DNA of 64,000 bases from contig JACKFK010000010.1 in the NCBI GenBank assembly GCA_020632515.1, positions 35,735-99,734 of the forward strand. The letters are read 5' to 3'. The notes beneath the pieces are model-generated. The model saw nothing but the letters and a program-made list of their open reading frames with translations. It was not told where the DNA came from and searched no databases. This DNA comes from Candidatus Omnitrophota bacterium (lineage in GTDB: Bacteria > Omnitrophota > Gorgyraeia > Zapsychrales > Zapsychraceae). Of the stretch, positions 7,351-17,300 are shown in pieces. The number at the start of each line of letters is the position of its first letter. Within the stretch, counting starts at the first letter, position 1. The translations under genes were made by a program, and so were the position numbers.

Positions 7351-9051
7351 TTATTCATTATGCCATCGGCTGATAACTTTACCTTGGAAAGTGGCCAACG
7401 CATCCTGCACATCATCATCTTCTTGTTTTGGTACGCTGACCTCAACGGTTTCATATTTAACAATTATATTGGCCTGCAGTTTTTCACTAAACACTTCTTG
7501 AACTAACCGGTAATTATCCTGCGATTCCAAACTTTCTTTATGAAACTGAAATTCTTTTGTAAATCCGACGATTAAATGATTATTATGAAAACTAACCGGT
7601 GTCCCTTCCTGCAAAAATGTTGCAACAGACATTTTCCTCTTGCTCGTTGCCTGCGTTAAGGCATCCCACATACGTTTAATCCGCTCCACGGTCAAATCGG
7701 CAAGAGGTTCATTTTCTATGGCCACAGTTTCAACAGCCTTCATCGCCTCAGGTTCTTCTTCAATCGGCTTTTGTTTGATGGATGGAGCAACAGTTTCAGT
7801 TAATTTCGATTCGGTCTTTTTTCCGCCGGAAAAATCAACTTCACCCTTATTATTCTTTAACACATTCACCGGTGTAAAACTTTTGGACGCAGTCGTTGAA
7901 GACGGTTCAACCACAGCTGGTTTTGGCGTTGGCTGTGACGATGTAACCGCAGGATTCTGTCCAGGAGCGTATGTCAAGCGCGCGAATGCGATCTCCAGAG
8001 GCATCCGCACTGATTCCATAATCTTTGCCGTATCCTGCGTCTCAATTAAAACATCAATGGCCAGCAGAATTTCTTTGAGAGAAAACTTTTCGCACTGCGC
8101 CAATAACAACTCTTTGATCGCGACCGGATAATCAACTAATTTTCCCAGCGCCTTGCCGCCGACTTTGATAATCATCAAATGGCGAAAATGTTCTGTGATA
8201 TCTTTCATTAATTGTTTTACATCTTTTCCTTTATCCACAATTTCGTCAAAAACCTCAAAAGATTTAACTGTATTTTTTTCGCCAATCGCATCCACCAAAT
8301 TAAAGAGCAACTGCGTCTCCACTAATCCCAACATAGAAAATACATCCTCAGCCGCAATCTTACGGTCACTTAAAGCGCTCAGCTGATCAAGGATACTTAA
8401 GGCGTCACGAAAACTGCCCTGCGCGGCTTTAGAAATGGCGAACAACGCTTCTTGGTCAATTTCAAAATTCTCACGACGGCTGATTTCCGTTAAATGTTCA
8501 ACAATTGTATTGATCGAAATCCGCTTAAAATCAAAACGCTGACACCGGGAGAGAATTGTCGCCGGGACTTTATTCGGATCTGTCGTAGCAAAAATAAACT
8601 TCACATGTTCAGGCGGTTCTTCCAAAGTTTTTAATAAAGCGTTAAAGGCTTCGGTGGTTAACATATGGACTTCATCAACAATATATATTTTGAAACGGCC
8701 GTAACTGGGCGCAAACTTCGCGTTTTCGCGCAAAGTACGGATTTCATCAATCCCACGGTTGGAGGCGCCGTCAATTTCCAAGACGTCAAAACTTGTTCCT
8801 TTGGCAATTTCCTGACAAATAAAACTTTTGGTATCTGGGTTAGTTTTCGGTCCATTTTCACAATTCAAACACATCGCCAGTATCCGGGCGCAGGAAGTTT
8901 TTCCAATCCCACGGGGACCACAGAATAAATAGGCATGCGCGATTTTATTATTTTCAATCGCTTTTTTTAATAGTTGAGTAATATGCTCTTGACCGATGAC
9001 ATCAGCAAATGTCTGCGGCCGATGTTTGCGGGCTAAAACTAAGTAGGACAT
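7351..9051 (-). CDS. dnaX: DNA polymerase III subunit gamma/tau
   Basis: The N-terminus is MSYLVLARKHRPQTFADVIGQ. Walker A GPRGIGKTS is present. The zinc module CLNCENG is present, as are DEVHML and SRCQRF. Confidence 0.95.
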   Translation of the reverse strand: MSYLVLARKHRPQTFADVIGQEHITQLLKKAIENNKIAHAYLFCGPRGIGKTSCARILAMCLNCENGPKTNPDTKSFICQEIAKGTSFDVLEIDGASNRGIDEIRTLRENAKFAPSYGRFKIYIVDEVHMLTTEAFNALLKTLEEPPEHVKFIFATTDPNKVPATILSRCQRFDFKRISINTIVEHLTEISRRENFEIDQEALFAISKAAQGSFRDALSILDQLSALSDRKIAAEDVFSMLGLVETQLLFNLVDAIGEKNTVKSFEVFDEIVDKGKDVKQLMKDITEHFRHLMIIKVGGKALGKLVDYPVAIKELLLAQCEKFSLKEILLAIDVLIETQDTAKIMESVRMPLEIAFARLTYAPGQNPAVTSSQPTPKPAVVEPSSTTASKSFTPVNVLKNNKGEVDFSGGKKTESKLTETVAPSIKQKPIEEEPEAMKAVETVAIENEPLADLTVERIKRMWDALTQATSKRKMSVATFLQEGTPVSFHNNHLIVGFTKEFQFHKESLESQDNYRLVQEVFSEKLQANIIVKYETVEVSVPKQEDDDVQDALATFQGKVISRWHNE

Positions 9052-9222
9052 GATAGTGATAATTTATTATATTTGTTATTGAATTTTGATACTACTTTAT
9101 CATCCTCTTCAAGAATGGGGAAAAATACTTTTGTTACTGTATGCCTGTATTTCTTGGTAGAACAAATATTTGTTAATTCGTTGCGTTATTTTAACATAAA
9201 ATTTATAAATTAAAATAACAAT

Positions 9223-9360
9223 TTAAAATTGATCAGAAAAATCTTCTGACGAGAGATACTTTCTTTTTAAAACCATTCGCTTTTCTTTTAAAGATTGCTC
9301 ATGGGGAATATGGATTTCTACAGTTAATAAACCGATGTGTGCTGTGACGTCGTTGCGCAT
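9223..9360 (-). pseudogene. DUF503-like N-terminal remnant (45 codons)
   Basis: MRNDVTAHIGLLTVEIHIPHEQSLKEKRMVLKRKYLSSEDFSDQF* carries the hallmark P-x-x-x-SLKEKR of DUF503 proteins but stops at about half the normal length. There is no SD sequence, and the start codon lies inside a long hairpin. Confidence 0.35.
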
Positions 9361-9436
9361 GAACGGTCTAAAGGCAAAAGAAGAAAAAACAGCACTGCAT
9401 CTTGATTAAATGGCTATGCCTGCCTTTTATATACTT

Positions 9437-10345
9437 TTATACTATCAAATTTTTTAGTGCTGTTTCAATATCCGGATATTGAAAAGTATATCCTAACCCA
9501 ATGAGTTTTTGGGGAGCTACCTTAGCCCCGCCTAAAAGCAAAGCCTCTCCCATTTCGCCAAACATAATTTTAGCAGCAAAAGCTGGTAAAGGTAGAATCA
9601 CTGGCCGATGCAAAACACGCCCTAAAACTTTAGTAAACTCCGCGTTTGTCACAGCTTGCGGTGCTGTTAAATTGACAACCCCTTTAGCCAAAGGATTTTG
9701 AATTAGATAATCCATGATACGCGGAATTTCATCCAAAGCAATCCAACTAAACATTTGTTGACCATTTCCAATGTTCCCGCCAAGCCCCAATTTAAATATC
9801 GGCATCATCTTCACCAAAGCCCCACCCTTGGAACTTAAGATTGCGCCTAAACGCATATAAACGACTCGTGTTTTGGGAGACGATTCTAGCGCGGCCGCAG
9901 CTTGTTCCCATTGATGGCAGACTTCCCCTAAAAACCCTTTTCCCCGCGGAGTATGCTCGTTAAACTCAACTTCAGCGCTGCCATCACCATAATATCCGAC
10001 CGCGGAAGCGCAAAGAAAAACCTTCGGCGGGTGACGCAATTTTGCCAACGCGTCACACAAAAACTGTGTACTGTCCACCCGGCTGCGACGGATGATTTCC
10101 TTATACTCCGGCGTCCAGCGTTGATCGGCAATATTAGCGCCGGCTAAATGAATCACAACATCAAAACCCTCAAGCCGTTTTAAATCAATGACTTTTTTCT
10201 GATAGTCCCAAGTAATGACGTCTTGATAATTAGCCATTTTCGTTGTCGGACGAATAAGCCGGGTTACCTGAACCCCGTTGCGTTGAAAATATACAACCGC
10301 AGCTTCCCCGACTAAACCTGTTGATCCTGTAATGGCAATTTTCAT
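9437..10345 (-). CDS. YfcH-like epimerase family protein (SDR fold plus DUF1731-type C-terminus)
   Basis: MKIAITGSTGLVGEA is the Rossmann GxxGxxG region. The C-terminus reads GGAKVAPQKLIGLGYTFQYPDIETALKNL. Confidence 0.8.
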   Translation of the reverse strand: MKIAITGSTGLVGEAAVVYFQRNGVQVTRLIRPTTKMANYQDVITWDYQKKVIDLKRLEGFDVVIHLAGANIADQRWTPEYKEIIRRSRVDSTQFLCDALAKLRHPPKVFLCASAVGYYGDGSAEVEFNEHTPRGKGFLGEVCHQWEQAAAALESSPKTRVVYMRLGAILSSKGGALVKMMPIFKLGLGGNIGNGQQMFSWIALDEIPRIMDYLIQNPLAKGVVNLTAPQAVTNAEFTKVLGRVLHRPVILPLPAFAAKIMFGEMGEALLLGGAKVAPQKLIGLGYTFQYPDIETALKNLIV

Positions 10346-10425
10346 AAATTACTCTGTAAATTTGTTGGCTGTTGAGTTGCTAAAAACTGCACAAGCACCG
10401 CGGTACTTAACACCTAACAATATTT

Positions 10426-11430
10426 TTATTCTTTCACAATCCGATACGTCGGATAAGCAAAGTTAACATCTTTCTCTTTCGCGAAATCTTCTAAGATCGC
10501 CTGACATAATTGGTCCTGAGTGGAACGCCGGCGTTTGGCCTCGGTTAAATAGCGCAGAGTTAACAACACCCCACTGTCTTTAATATCCACATAAACAATC
10601 GGTGTTAGCTTCCCATAGAAAATCATATAACGGTTGCGCATAGCATCGATTTTCCGTCGAACCCGGTCTTCCATCCCCTCTGCTAATTTCTTAGCATGCT
10701 GCATCATAATTGTTCTGCCTTTTTGCCAGTCGCTCTCAAAGGTAACTAAAATCGGCAGTTCATTCCAAATAAATTCAAAGCCGCGGCTGTAATTATAATT
10801 CTGCGTTTTAAAAACAAAACTATTCGGAACATTGACAATCCGTCCAGTACTCTGATCCGCGTCGACCCAATTGCCAATTTCCAATAACGACGTCTGAAAC
10901 AGCCTGATATCGATGATATCCCCTTTGACACCGTTAATTTCAATCCGGTCACCAACCGCGTAAGGCCGCCGGATTAATATCAACAACCAGCCAGCCACAC
11001 TTAAAATCACCTCTTGTAAGGCCAAGGCCAATCCTGCCGAAGCCACACCGAGAAAAATAGAAATTGAATTAAGTTTTTGCACCCAAATGCTGAAAATAAT
11101 AATAATCGCCGTTAAAGATGTAATATAAATCAGGTTCTTACGAACCATGTGCCGGGCTTTAATGTCGCTCACCCTTCTGTTAATAAAACTGATCGCAGTA
11201 AACATGAAGAAATACGCGAATAGGATAACAAAGATCGTCTCCCAAAACTTGCGCTGAGACGAGTTGGGAATGACAGCCTCAATTGGGGAAAATAGCTTCT
11301 GGAAAAACGACGATTCCATAGCCACCGGGGATGGCGAATCTGGGGATTGCGCGAAAAGAGTTGCCGGCCATAGAATTGTGGCACTGCACAGTAAAAAAAA
11401 GACTAAATTAATCCCGATTTTTCTCTTCAT
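10426..11430 (-). CDS. Mechanosensitive ion channel (MscS family)
   Basis: It has a signal/TM N-terminus, three TM segments, and the MscS beta-domain motif RPYAVGDRIEINGVKGDIIDIRLFQTSL..GRIVNVPNS. Confidence 0.85.
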   Translation of the reverse strand: MKRKIGINLVFFLLCSATILWPATLFAQSPDSPSPVAMESSFFQKLFSPIEAVIPNSSQRKFWETIFVILFAYFFMFTAISFINRRVSDIKARHMVRKNLIYITSLTAIIIIFSIWVQKLNSISIFLGVASAGLALALQEVILSVAGWLLILIRRPYAVGDRIEINGVKGDIIDIRLFQTSLLEIGNWVDADQSTGRIVNVPNSFVFKTQNYNYSRGFEFIWNELPILVTFESDWQKGRTIMMQHAKKLAEGMEDRVRRKIDAMRNRYMIFYGKLTPIVYVDIKDSGVLLTLRYLTEAKRRRSTQDQLCQAILEDFAKEKDVNFAYPTYRIVKE

Positions 11431-11584
11431 TGTATTTACTTGGGGCTAAAAAGGATAGATAAAATATAGTTTTATGTTAGCGCTTTCTTCAAAATTGTCA
11501 ATAAAATCCCTATATAAAATCGGGCTTTTTACAAAAAAATATGCTATCCTTGTAGAAAGTTTGGGTTAAGGATGTGTAAGGTTT

Positions 11585-11950
11585 ATGTCCAAAAAAATCT
11601 TGATCATTGAAGATGAGCATTACCTGCTGGAATTGACTGAACATGTGTTAAAAAAACGCGGGTATGAAATCACCACCCTCGATAAGGGTGAGGAAGTCGT
11701 ACAATACGCTGTTGATTATCAGCCCAATCTGATTATCTTGGATAACCTGTTACCCGACAAAAACGGCGTTGAACTTTGTAACGAAATTAAATCCACTTCC
11801 ACCACCCAAAACATCCCAATCATTTTAACCACCGGTCATGTCATGGAAGATAGCAAACAGATGCGTCGTTACGCCCAACCTGATTTTATTCTCTGGAAGC
11901 CATTTGATATTGAACAGCTTTGCGACAAGATTGAAGAATTGATTAAATAA
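11585..11950 (+). CDS. Single-domain response regulator (REC)
   Basis: KILIIEDE..DLIILDNLLPDKNG..PIILTTG..KPF shows the CheY-like acidic pocket and conserved Thr/Lys. Confidence 0.85.
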   Translation: MSKKILIIEDEHYLLELTEHVLKKRGYEITTLDKGEEVVQYAVDYQPNLIILDNLLPDKNGVELCNEIKSTSTTQNIPIILTTGHVMEDSKQMRRYAQPDFILWKPFDIEQLCDKIEELIK

Positions 11951-12065
11951 CTTTCAGTCGCTAGTCTCAAGTCTCCAGTGACCAGTACTGGTCATTATCT
12001 CCTGGCGACAGGAGAGACTCTATTACTTTTCTATGAAAACTAACTGAAAGCTGACGACTGGAGAC
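11951..12065. repeat. Palindrome/word-repeat region between convergent genes (family B)
   Basis: It holds the 14-bp palindrome gaccagtactggtc and the hairpin ctcctg-gcga-caggag. gtctccagt and actggagac are complementary. Positions 12042-12065 are the reverse complement of words seen at 41111-41124 and 50028-50042. Confidence 0.7.
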
Positions 12066-14225
12066 TTACTTCCCTTTCATCGACAATGCGATGCGGCGGC
12101 GATCTAAATCGATTTCTACGACCCTCACATTAACCTTTTGATGAACCTTCACAAATTCATGCGGATTCTTTACAAAACGATCTGACAGTTCACTGATATG
12201 CACCAACCCGTCTTGATGAACCCCAATATCTACAAACGCTCCGAAAGCTGTAACATTGGTGACTACTCCGGGCAGTTTCATCCCGGGTTGTAAATCTTCT
12301 AACCGCTCCACGCCTTCTTTGAAACTAAAAAGTTGAAACGGTTCCCGCGGGTCTCTCCCGGGCTTGGCTAATTCACTGACAATGTCTGACAAAGTCGGCA
12401 GTCCGATTGCAGCAGTCACATAGCGTTGAATATCAATCTTTTTCTGATAAGCGTTCGACTCCATGAGAACCTCAATCGTGCAGTTCAAATCCTTTGCCAT
12501 TGACGCGACAACTGCATAGGATTCCGGATGCACGGCACTACGATCCAAAGGGTTTACCCCATCGCAGATCCGCAAAAACCCCGCGGCTTGCTCAAACGCC
12601 TTATTGCCAAGTTTACTAATCTTGCGCAATTCCTCGCGCGATTTAAAAGGGCCTTCGGTATTGCGATACTCAATAATTGCCTGCGCACGCGACGGTCCCA
12701 GTCCGGAAACATAAGTCAGCAACTGTTTACTCGCGGTATTAACTTCCACTCCAACCAGGTTGACACAACTGATTACCACGTCATCTAAATTTTGTTTTAA
12801 TAAGCGTTGATCCACATCATGTTGATATTGTCCGACTCCGATAGATTTCGGATCAATTTTAACCAACTCTGCTAATGGGTCCATAAGCCTCCGGCCGATA
12901 GAAACCGCACCACGAACTGTAACATCATAGTCAGGGAATTCTTCACGGGCAGCTTCCGAAGCGGAATAGACCGAAGCTCCAGTCTCGCTGACCATGACAA
13001 TCACAATCGCTTTAGGCAAACCAATACCTTTTAAAAAGCTTTCTGTTTCCCTGCTAGCGGTTCCATTACCAACCGCGATTACCTCAATGTGATGTTTCTT
13101 ACATAACGCCTGAATAACATGCGCAGCTTCTTCTTTTTCATGTGGTGAGCCGACTAAATAAATCGTTTCATTTTCCAGAAGTTTTCCCTGCTTGTCTAAA
13201 CACACTACTTTGCAGCCGGTGCGCAGCCCCGGATCAATCGCCAACACATTCTTCTGCCCCATGGGTGAGGCTAACAGCAATTCCCGTAAATTTTGATTAA
13301 AGACATTAATGGCTTCCAGATCAGCCCGCTTTTTTAATTCCATCCGGAATTCCGATTCCAATGACAATGAGAGTAAACGTTTATAACTATCTTCAACCGC
13401 CGTCCTGACTTGCTGTGAATCTTCCTGACTTCCTTTGACAAACATCTCTAATAATATCTTTAAAGCTTCGTCTTCTGGCGGTAAAATCCGAACCATAAGG
13501 ACACCTTCTTTTTCTCCCCGCCGGACTGCCAGAATACGATGAGATGGGGCTGACTTCCCTAATTCTTCCCAATGGAAATAATCTTTATAGTTCGCGCCTT
13601 CAATTTCTTTTCCCTTAATAACTTTGGAATGAATTGTGGCTTGGTCGGCAAACAGTGCGCGCAAACGTCCACGAGCGTTTTGGTGTTCACTGATCCATTC
13701 CGCGATGATATCACGCGCGCCAGCAATAGCTTCGTCTGTTGAATTGACTTTCTTCTCCGCGCTGACAAACTCAATCGCTTCCTTTTCCACATCAATGCCT
13801 TTTTGCTCAAAAATCATTGCTGCCAAAGGCTCTAATCCTTTTTCTTTTGCCACAGTCGCTTTAGTCCGACGTTTAGGCTTATACGGCAGATAAATATCTT
13901 CCAACACGGCTAATGTTGAAGCGGCCAAAATCTTTTCTTTTAATTTTTCTGTAAGCTTACCTTGACTGTGAATGGTTTGCAAAACGGTTAAACGGCGTTT
14001 ATCCAATTCCCGCAATTGTTCAATCCGATCCCGCACTGCCGTGACCTTCACCTCATCTAAACTACCCGTGGCTTCTTTCCGATATCGGGAAATAAATGGA
14101 ACTGTTGCGCCACCATCCAGCAATTCGACTGTAGATTGCACTTGATCAGCGGAGATCTTTAGTTCTCGTGCTATTACTGCATTATAATCTTCGGCGATAA
14201 AAAATTCTTCTGTCATAGAGAGCAT
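12066..14225 (-). CDS. tex: Tex-like transcription accessory protein (YqgF/HhH/S1 domains)
   Basis: VPFISRYRKE lies in the N-terminal domain, LAIDPGLRTGCK in the YqgF-like domain, and GVVTNVTAFGAFVDIG is the C-terminal S1 motif. The start may be the second ATG at 14216 (MTEEF), which has better SD spacing. Confidence 0.95.
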   Translation of the reverse strand: MLSMTEEFFIAEDYNAVIARELKISADQVQSTVELLDGGATVPFISRYRKEATGSLDEVKVTAVRDRIEQLRELDKRRLTVLQTIHSQGKLTEKLKEKILAASTLAVLEDIYLPYKPKRRTKATVAKEKGLEPLAAMIFEQKGIDVEKEAIEFVSAEKKVNSTDEAIAGARDIIAEWISEHQNARGRLRALFADQATIHSKVIKGKEIEGANYKDYFHWEELGKSAPSHRILAVRRGEKEGVLMVRILPPEDEALKILLEMFVKGSQEDSQQVRTAVEDSYKRLLSLSLESEFRMELKKRADLEAINVFNQNLRELLLASPMGQKNVLAIDPGLRTGCKVVCLDKQGKLLENETIYLVGSPHEKEEAAHVIQALCKKHHIEVIAVGNGTASRETESFLKGIGLPKAIVIVMVSETGASVYSASEAAREEFPDYDVTVRGAVSIGRRLMDPLAELVKIDPKSIGVGQYQHDVDQRLLKQNLDDVVISCVNLVGVEVNTASKQLLTYVSGLGPSRAQAIIEYRNTEGPFKSREELRKISKLGNKAFEQAAGFLRICDGVNPLDRSAVHPESYAVVASMAKDLNCTIEVLMESNAYQKKIDIQRYVTAAIGLPTLSDIVSELAKPGRDPREPFQLFSFKEGVERLEDLQPGMKLPGVVTNVTAFGAFVDIGVHQDGLVHISELSDRFVKNPHEFVKVHQKVNVRVVEIDLDRRRIALSMKGK

Positions 14226-14283
14226 TCCTTTGTGAAAAGAAAATATTATACTATGTATTTTAAAATTTAAAAATTTTTTAAAA

Positions 14284-14319
14284 TAAAAAAGCCCTTTAAA
14301 GAATATCTTTAAAAGGCCT
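14284..14319 (-). terminator. Rho-independent terminator candidate after the 1477-aa gene
   Basis: On the minus strand: GGCCTTTTAAAG-atattc-TTTAAAGGGC followed by TTTTTTA. Confidence 0.55.
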
Positions 14320-14350
14320 TTTTAATTCGTGCGGCATTATCTGATCAGCT

Positions 14351-17300
14351 TTATTGAGATGTCGGAAAAGAATAATCGATATACGTCCATTGCCCCGCGA
14401 CTTTTGTCCATAACCGCACAAATATAGTTGGAACATTTAATGGAATATTCGTGACTTCAACCGATGTGACTGTTCCAACATTTTTCGAAAAAACATTTCC
14501 CCAAGGAGCCTTGCTGATCGAATTTTGTGTTGTTCCAACTCCTAAATAATACTCAGTTCCATCACCAGAGGTCCATTCAAAAGTTACTGTTGAAGAGAGA
14601 ATTGCACTTCCGGAAGCTGGAGCAATTAATTGCGCAGATTCTCCACTGGATCCTCCAGAATTATTGACCGTAGCATAAGTATAATCCTTGGACTGCCAAA
14701 TTCCATTAACTTTGAACCATAACCGAACAAAGATTAAATTACCATTTAAGGGAATTCCAGTAACAGCAGCCTCTTGCGCAAGCCCAACACTTTTTGAGAA
14801 AATATTTCCCCAGGGCGAAGCGCTAATAGAATTTTGCGTCGTTCCTACTCCTAAATAATATTCTGTAACTCCAACGCCAGCACTCCACCGAAAAATTACT
14901 TCTGTTTGATCTATTGTTGAAGCTGCTGTAGGCGCTATAATTTCCGGCTCCGTTATACTTCCACCACCTTGGTCTTCTGTTGCAAACGTGTAATCAACTG
15001 TTTCCCATTTTCCATCAATCTTGGACCATAGCCGAACAAAAACAGAATTACCATTTAAGGGAATACCTGAGACAACCTGTGAAGTCCCGTTAACAGCTTT
15101 AGCAAAAATATTTCCCCATGGTTTGGTTGAAACAGATTGAAAACTTGTCCCCACCCCTAACCAATATTCGGTCACCCCAGATCCAGTATCCCATTGAAAA
15201 GTGAGTGTGGATTGATTAATCGTTGTGTTAGGTTGCGGATTGATCAGATTAGCCGGTTCTTTTCCACCAATACCTAAATCTTCTGTTTGAAATTCATAAT
15301 CGATAGATTGCCATTTACCATCTATCTTAGACCACATTCTTGCAAAAATGGACTTACCATTTAATGGAATCCCGCTGATTTCTTGAGAATTTCCAATTAC
15401 TGTTCCAGCAAAAATATTTCCCCATGGTTTGGTTGATATGGATTGTAAACTTGTCCCGACTCCTAAATAATACTCTGTCACACTAAAACCATTATTCCAT
15501 TGAAAAGTGACTGTTGTCTGATTAAGTGGTGTCCCAACTTGCGGATTGATCAACGCAGCCGGTTCTTTTCCACCAATACCTAAATCTTCTGTTTGGAATT
15601 CATAGTCGATTGATTCCCATACCCCATCAATCTTTGACCACATCCGCACAAATATTGAATTACCTTTTAACGGAATACCATTAATTTCCTTAGAATTACC
15701 TGTGACTGATCCTGCAAATATATCTCCCCAGGGTTTATTTGAAATAGATTCAAGACTCGTCCCCACCCCTAACCAATATTCTGTTACATTAGAACCTTGA
15801 TTCCATTGAAAAATCGCGGTAGTGTCAGAAAGAATTGTTCCTGGGAGAGGACTAATAATTTCCGCCGCTTCCTTTCCACCAACACCTAAATCTTCTGTTT
15901 GAAATTCATAATCGATAGATTGCCACTTTCCATTAATTTTTGACCACATCCGCACAAATATTGGTTTTCCATTTAACGGAATACCTGCAATTTCTTTTAA
16001 ATTTCCAGTCACTGCCCCAGCAAAAATATTTCCCCATGGGTTAGTGGAAATAGATTGAAAACTCGTTCCCACTCCTAACCAATATTCTGTTACATCAATT
16101 CCATCGCTCCATTCAAAAACAACATTTGTACTAGAAATGAAAAATTCTGGTTGCGGGCTTATAATCTCTGCTAAATTACTTACCCCATTAGATGTTTGAA
16201 ACGTATAATCTTTTGTTTGCCAAAGGCCGTTAATTCGTGACCATAACCGCACAAAAATTGGACTACCCGTTAAAGGAATATTATCAATCGTTTTTGTTAC
16301 TCCTTCTACTAATCCATTAAAAATATCACCAAAAGGTTCATTAGTTAAAGCATCTAAATTTGTTCCCACCCCAAGAAATATTTCACTAATCCCTACACCC
16401 TGAGTCCATTCAAATGTCACGGAAGAGGATTTTAACACACTCCCTATGGAAGGAGCGATTAAATCAGCTGCTAAAGGATCTTCTCCCCCCCCTTGATTTT
16501 CAGTCGTATAATTAAAATCTTTAAAAAACCATACCCCGCTAACATTAGCCCAAAAACGTACAAAAATATCGTTTCCATTTAAAGGTATCCCTGTAACTTC
16601 CGCAGTTAAATTTAAACTTTGATTTTCACCATAAATGTCGCCCCAAGGAAAATGACTAATCTCTTCAAATGAAGTCCCTACCCCTAAAAAGTATGTTGCC
16701 GCATTTGGAATTGCATTCCATTGAAAAATAACTGTGGAAGAATTAAGAACACTACCTGGAACAGGTGAAACAATTTGCAATGAATTATTAATCAACCCTT
16801 CAGAAACGCTAATCTTAGTAATGACCGACACATCATTTTCTCCATCAGTTACAGCGAATGGAATAAAAAAATCGTCTAGTTGATTTGCATTTGGCTCCCA
16901 AAAAAAACGCCCTTCAATACGACCAGGCTCATTAAAAGTTATTTCAAACGTAGCCCCTTCCGGTAAATCTTCTGCCAAAGGTTTTAGAAAAGTTAAATTA
17001 TTTATCGCATCACTGTCCTGAGCAACGACAGAAAATTCAATAGGCTCTCCAAAACGCGCTAATATCGTGCCAGGGGCTTCAATAACGGGAACACCGCCAC
17101 CATCTGGGATTGTCAGAAGAACAATATCCCAATTCCCAAAAGTTTTATCCTGCCATACAATTTTATTATTAAAAATTTTAGGGTTAATTTGATCACTAAT
17201 CGAATTTGTAATCAATTCCTCTTCACGCGTCGAAGTATTATATAAATGAATATCCCATTTTGTTGTAAGTTTATCAGCCCAAACTAACTTATTACCATAA

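Noticed and set aside
7640-8928. Plus-strand ORFs (163, 77 and 87 aa) inside dnaX, and similar antisense or out-of-frame ORFs inside tex, the M16 peptidase, the 1032-aa OMP, the 954-aa ATPase and others
   Set aside because: All are embedded in long, motif-supported genes on the opposite strand or in another frame. Their products are low-complexity and carry no recognisable motifs. They are typical shadow ORFs.
9335-9405. SRP (4.5S) RNA upstream of dnaX, as in Bacillus-type scr-dnaX-recR gene order
   Set aside because: A long hairpin closed by GTGCTGT/ACAGCAC is present. However, neither strand carries the conserved domain IV elements (GNAR tetraloop flanked by AGG.C / GGAAGCAGC-type loops). 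GGTCTAAAGGCAAAAG matches the consensus only partially.
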